A stretch of 64,000 bases of DNA, taken from positions 1,116,001 through 1,180,000 of the forward strand of contig NC_087246.1 of NCBI RefSeq assembly GCF_037042905.1. Direction: 5' to 3'. Position 1 is the stretch's first letter. The number at the start of each line of letters is the position of its first letter. Shown here piece after piece: positions 62,323 to 64,000 of this stretch. The position numbers were made by a program, and so were the translations under genes. A model generated the notes under the pieces. It had not been told where the DNA came from, did no database searches, and saw only the letters and a program-made list of their open reading frames with translations. This DNA is from Lytechinus pictus. Taxonomy: Eukaryota.

Positions 62323-64000
62323 ATGATGGGGATTGAGCAGGGAAATGATACAAACGTGATCAGGATTGAACAAGAAGAGGATACAAATATGAGCAGGATG
62401 TTACAAAATGATGATACAAACATCAAGATTGAACAAGTATATGATACAAACATGAGCAGGATTGAGCAGGGAGATGAGACAAATTTGATCAAGATTAAGC
62501 AAGAAGATGATACCAACATAATCAGGATCAAACAAGAAGATGATACAAATATGGTCAGGATTAAACAAGAAGATAATACAAATATGGTCAGGATTACACA
62601 AGAAGATGATACGATTAGGATTGAGCAAGGAGATACTACACATGTTATCAGGATCAAGCAAGAGGAGAAAGAGAAGGACACAATCCGCAATGCTTTAGCA
62701 GATGAAGTATGGATGAAAGAGAAAGTAGAGGAGGTGAAAGAAAAAAAGTCTGTCAGTTCTGCTGGTAGAGGTCGGATGTCTGTTGATGAAGGTACAAATA
62801 TTTTCATTGATATGATTTTTGATAAACTGGGAAATATTCTAATTCTTTTTCTCCCATCTGGGAAAACAATGTTGAAACATTTTGTCAAAAAGAGCAAGAG
62901 TATTACACTCAAAGTCAATACCAAACTAGACACATAAGAATGTTATGAAGTACATAGTTGGTCATGTTTTTTTTTTATGTCACCAATATAATTCACTACA
63001 GTGTCAACTGGGCTGAAATTAAAAATTGCGTTAACTTTCGTTTCACCATGCCGGATAAGCTCTACATCATTGATGTGCTAGTAAAGTACTTCAGACCTTA
63101 AAGGGCTGCAGTTTTTGTCGGAAATACACTGTAGAAATAGAATAATGATAATATAACAGCATAGGCATGTTTTGTTATTAATTTTTTCATGATGGTACAT
63201 GATGCTTTCATTTACATAAATGTAAAATATAATTCATTTAGAAATTTTGCTAATACAAAGAGAAATGCTTTCAAGTTGTATAATATATCAAAGCTAAACT
63301 GTTGATGACATTTGTTTATATCTTTCACTTCCAGGAGATTCGGCTACAGAAACACAATATTTGAAAGAAAAAGGTACGTCAATCAACAGTGGTGATGAGT
63401 TTCATCTTAAGATACAGTTTGGAGAAAAGTTAGTTCAGAGGAATGTTCCAGAATCAAGTAGAGAAGAAGATAAATGTTTAAACTGTAAAAAAGAATTTCC
63501 TTGTAAATGTGATGGTCAAAATCATGTGGAGGAAAGGCCACATGGGTGTTCTTACTGTTACAAAAGATTTTCTTTTAAAAGCAGGCTGAACGATCATATC
63601 AGGACACACACAGGAGAAAAGCCATACCAATGTTCATTATGCAAGAAAAGATTTTCTGCAAAATTCTCCATGGACAGGCATCTGAGAATACACACAGGAG
63701 AAGCCCCATACCAATGTTCAGTTTGTGACAAAAGATTTTCTCAAAAATCTGCTCTGAACTATCATCTCAAGACACACACAGGAGTAAAGTCATTTAATTG
63801 TTCATTATGTCAGAAAAGTTTTTTTCATAAGGGTGGTTTAACCTTCCATCTCAGAATACACATAGGAGAAAAGCCCTACAAATGTCTATTATGTGAGAAA
63901 AGATATTCTCAAAATGGTGATTTGAACCGTCATATCAGGACACACAGAGGAGAAAAGCCCTACAAATGTTCATTGTGTGAGAAAAGATTTTCTGAAAAGA
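62323..64000 (+). CDS. C2H2 (Kruppel-type) multi-zinc-finger protein with an N-terminal I(K/E)QE repeat array; runs off the window
   Basis: Exon 62277-62791 (ATG at 62323) splices in phase 1 to an exon starting at 63335. That exon has at least 5 complete CxxC-x12-H-x3-H fingers with TGEKPY-type linkers. Confidence 0.88.

Noticed and set aside
62310-62933. Antisense ORFs over the zinc-finger repeat exon (likewise over DGCR8 12023-12595 and LINE 18447-18989)
   Set aside because: They are shadow ORFs of biased or repetitive coding sequence.

Overview
This is AT-rich, intron-rich animal DNA. The repeat repertoire suggests an invertebrate deuterostome such as a sea urchin (inference). Four spliced host genes form two head-to-head pairs. 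The first pair is DGCR8/pasha (minus strand, running off the left edge) with MRPL50 (plus). The second is EIF2B1 (minus) with a C2H2 zinc-finger gene (plus, running off the right edge). Introns are packed with transposons: a young 5'-truncated two-ORF LINE (PHD-type ORF1; APE-RT ORF2) upstream of the DGCR8 coding exons, a 7.5-kb pol-less LTR element in EIF2B1 intron 1, and many MITEs (Kolobok-, Tc1-, Harbinger-, Helentron-like), SINEs and LINE/Penelope fragments. The most unusual signals are: (1) LTRs identical for ~557 bp that differ only in their last ~22 nt, with a degenerate PBS and an intron-like cassette inside each LTR; (2) six tandem copies of a DGCR8 splice acceptor, each defining a possible in-frame 27-nt micro-exon in the dsRBD1-dsRBD2 linker; (3) a viral-type G_GUU_UUU -1 slippery site where the LINE ORF2 frame opens; (4) a Penelope-type hammerhead core in EIF2B1 intron 1; (5) one YY1-motif MITE family flanking both bidirectional promoters. 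Exon boundaries were read by eye. Family assignments come from recalled motifs, not database searches.
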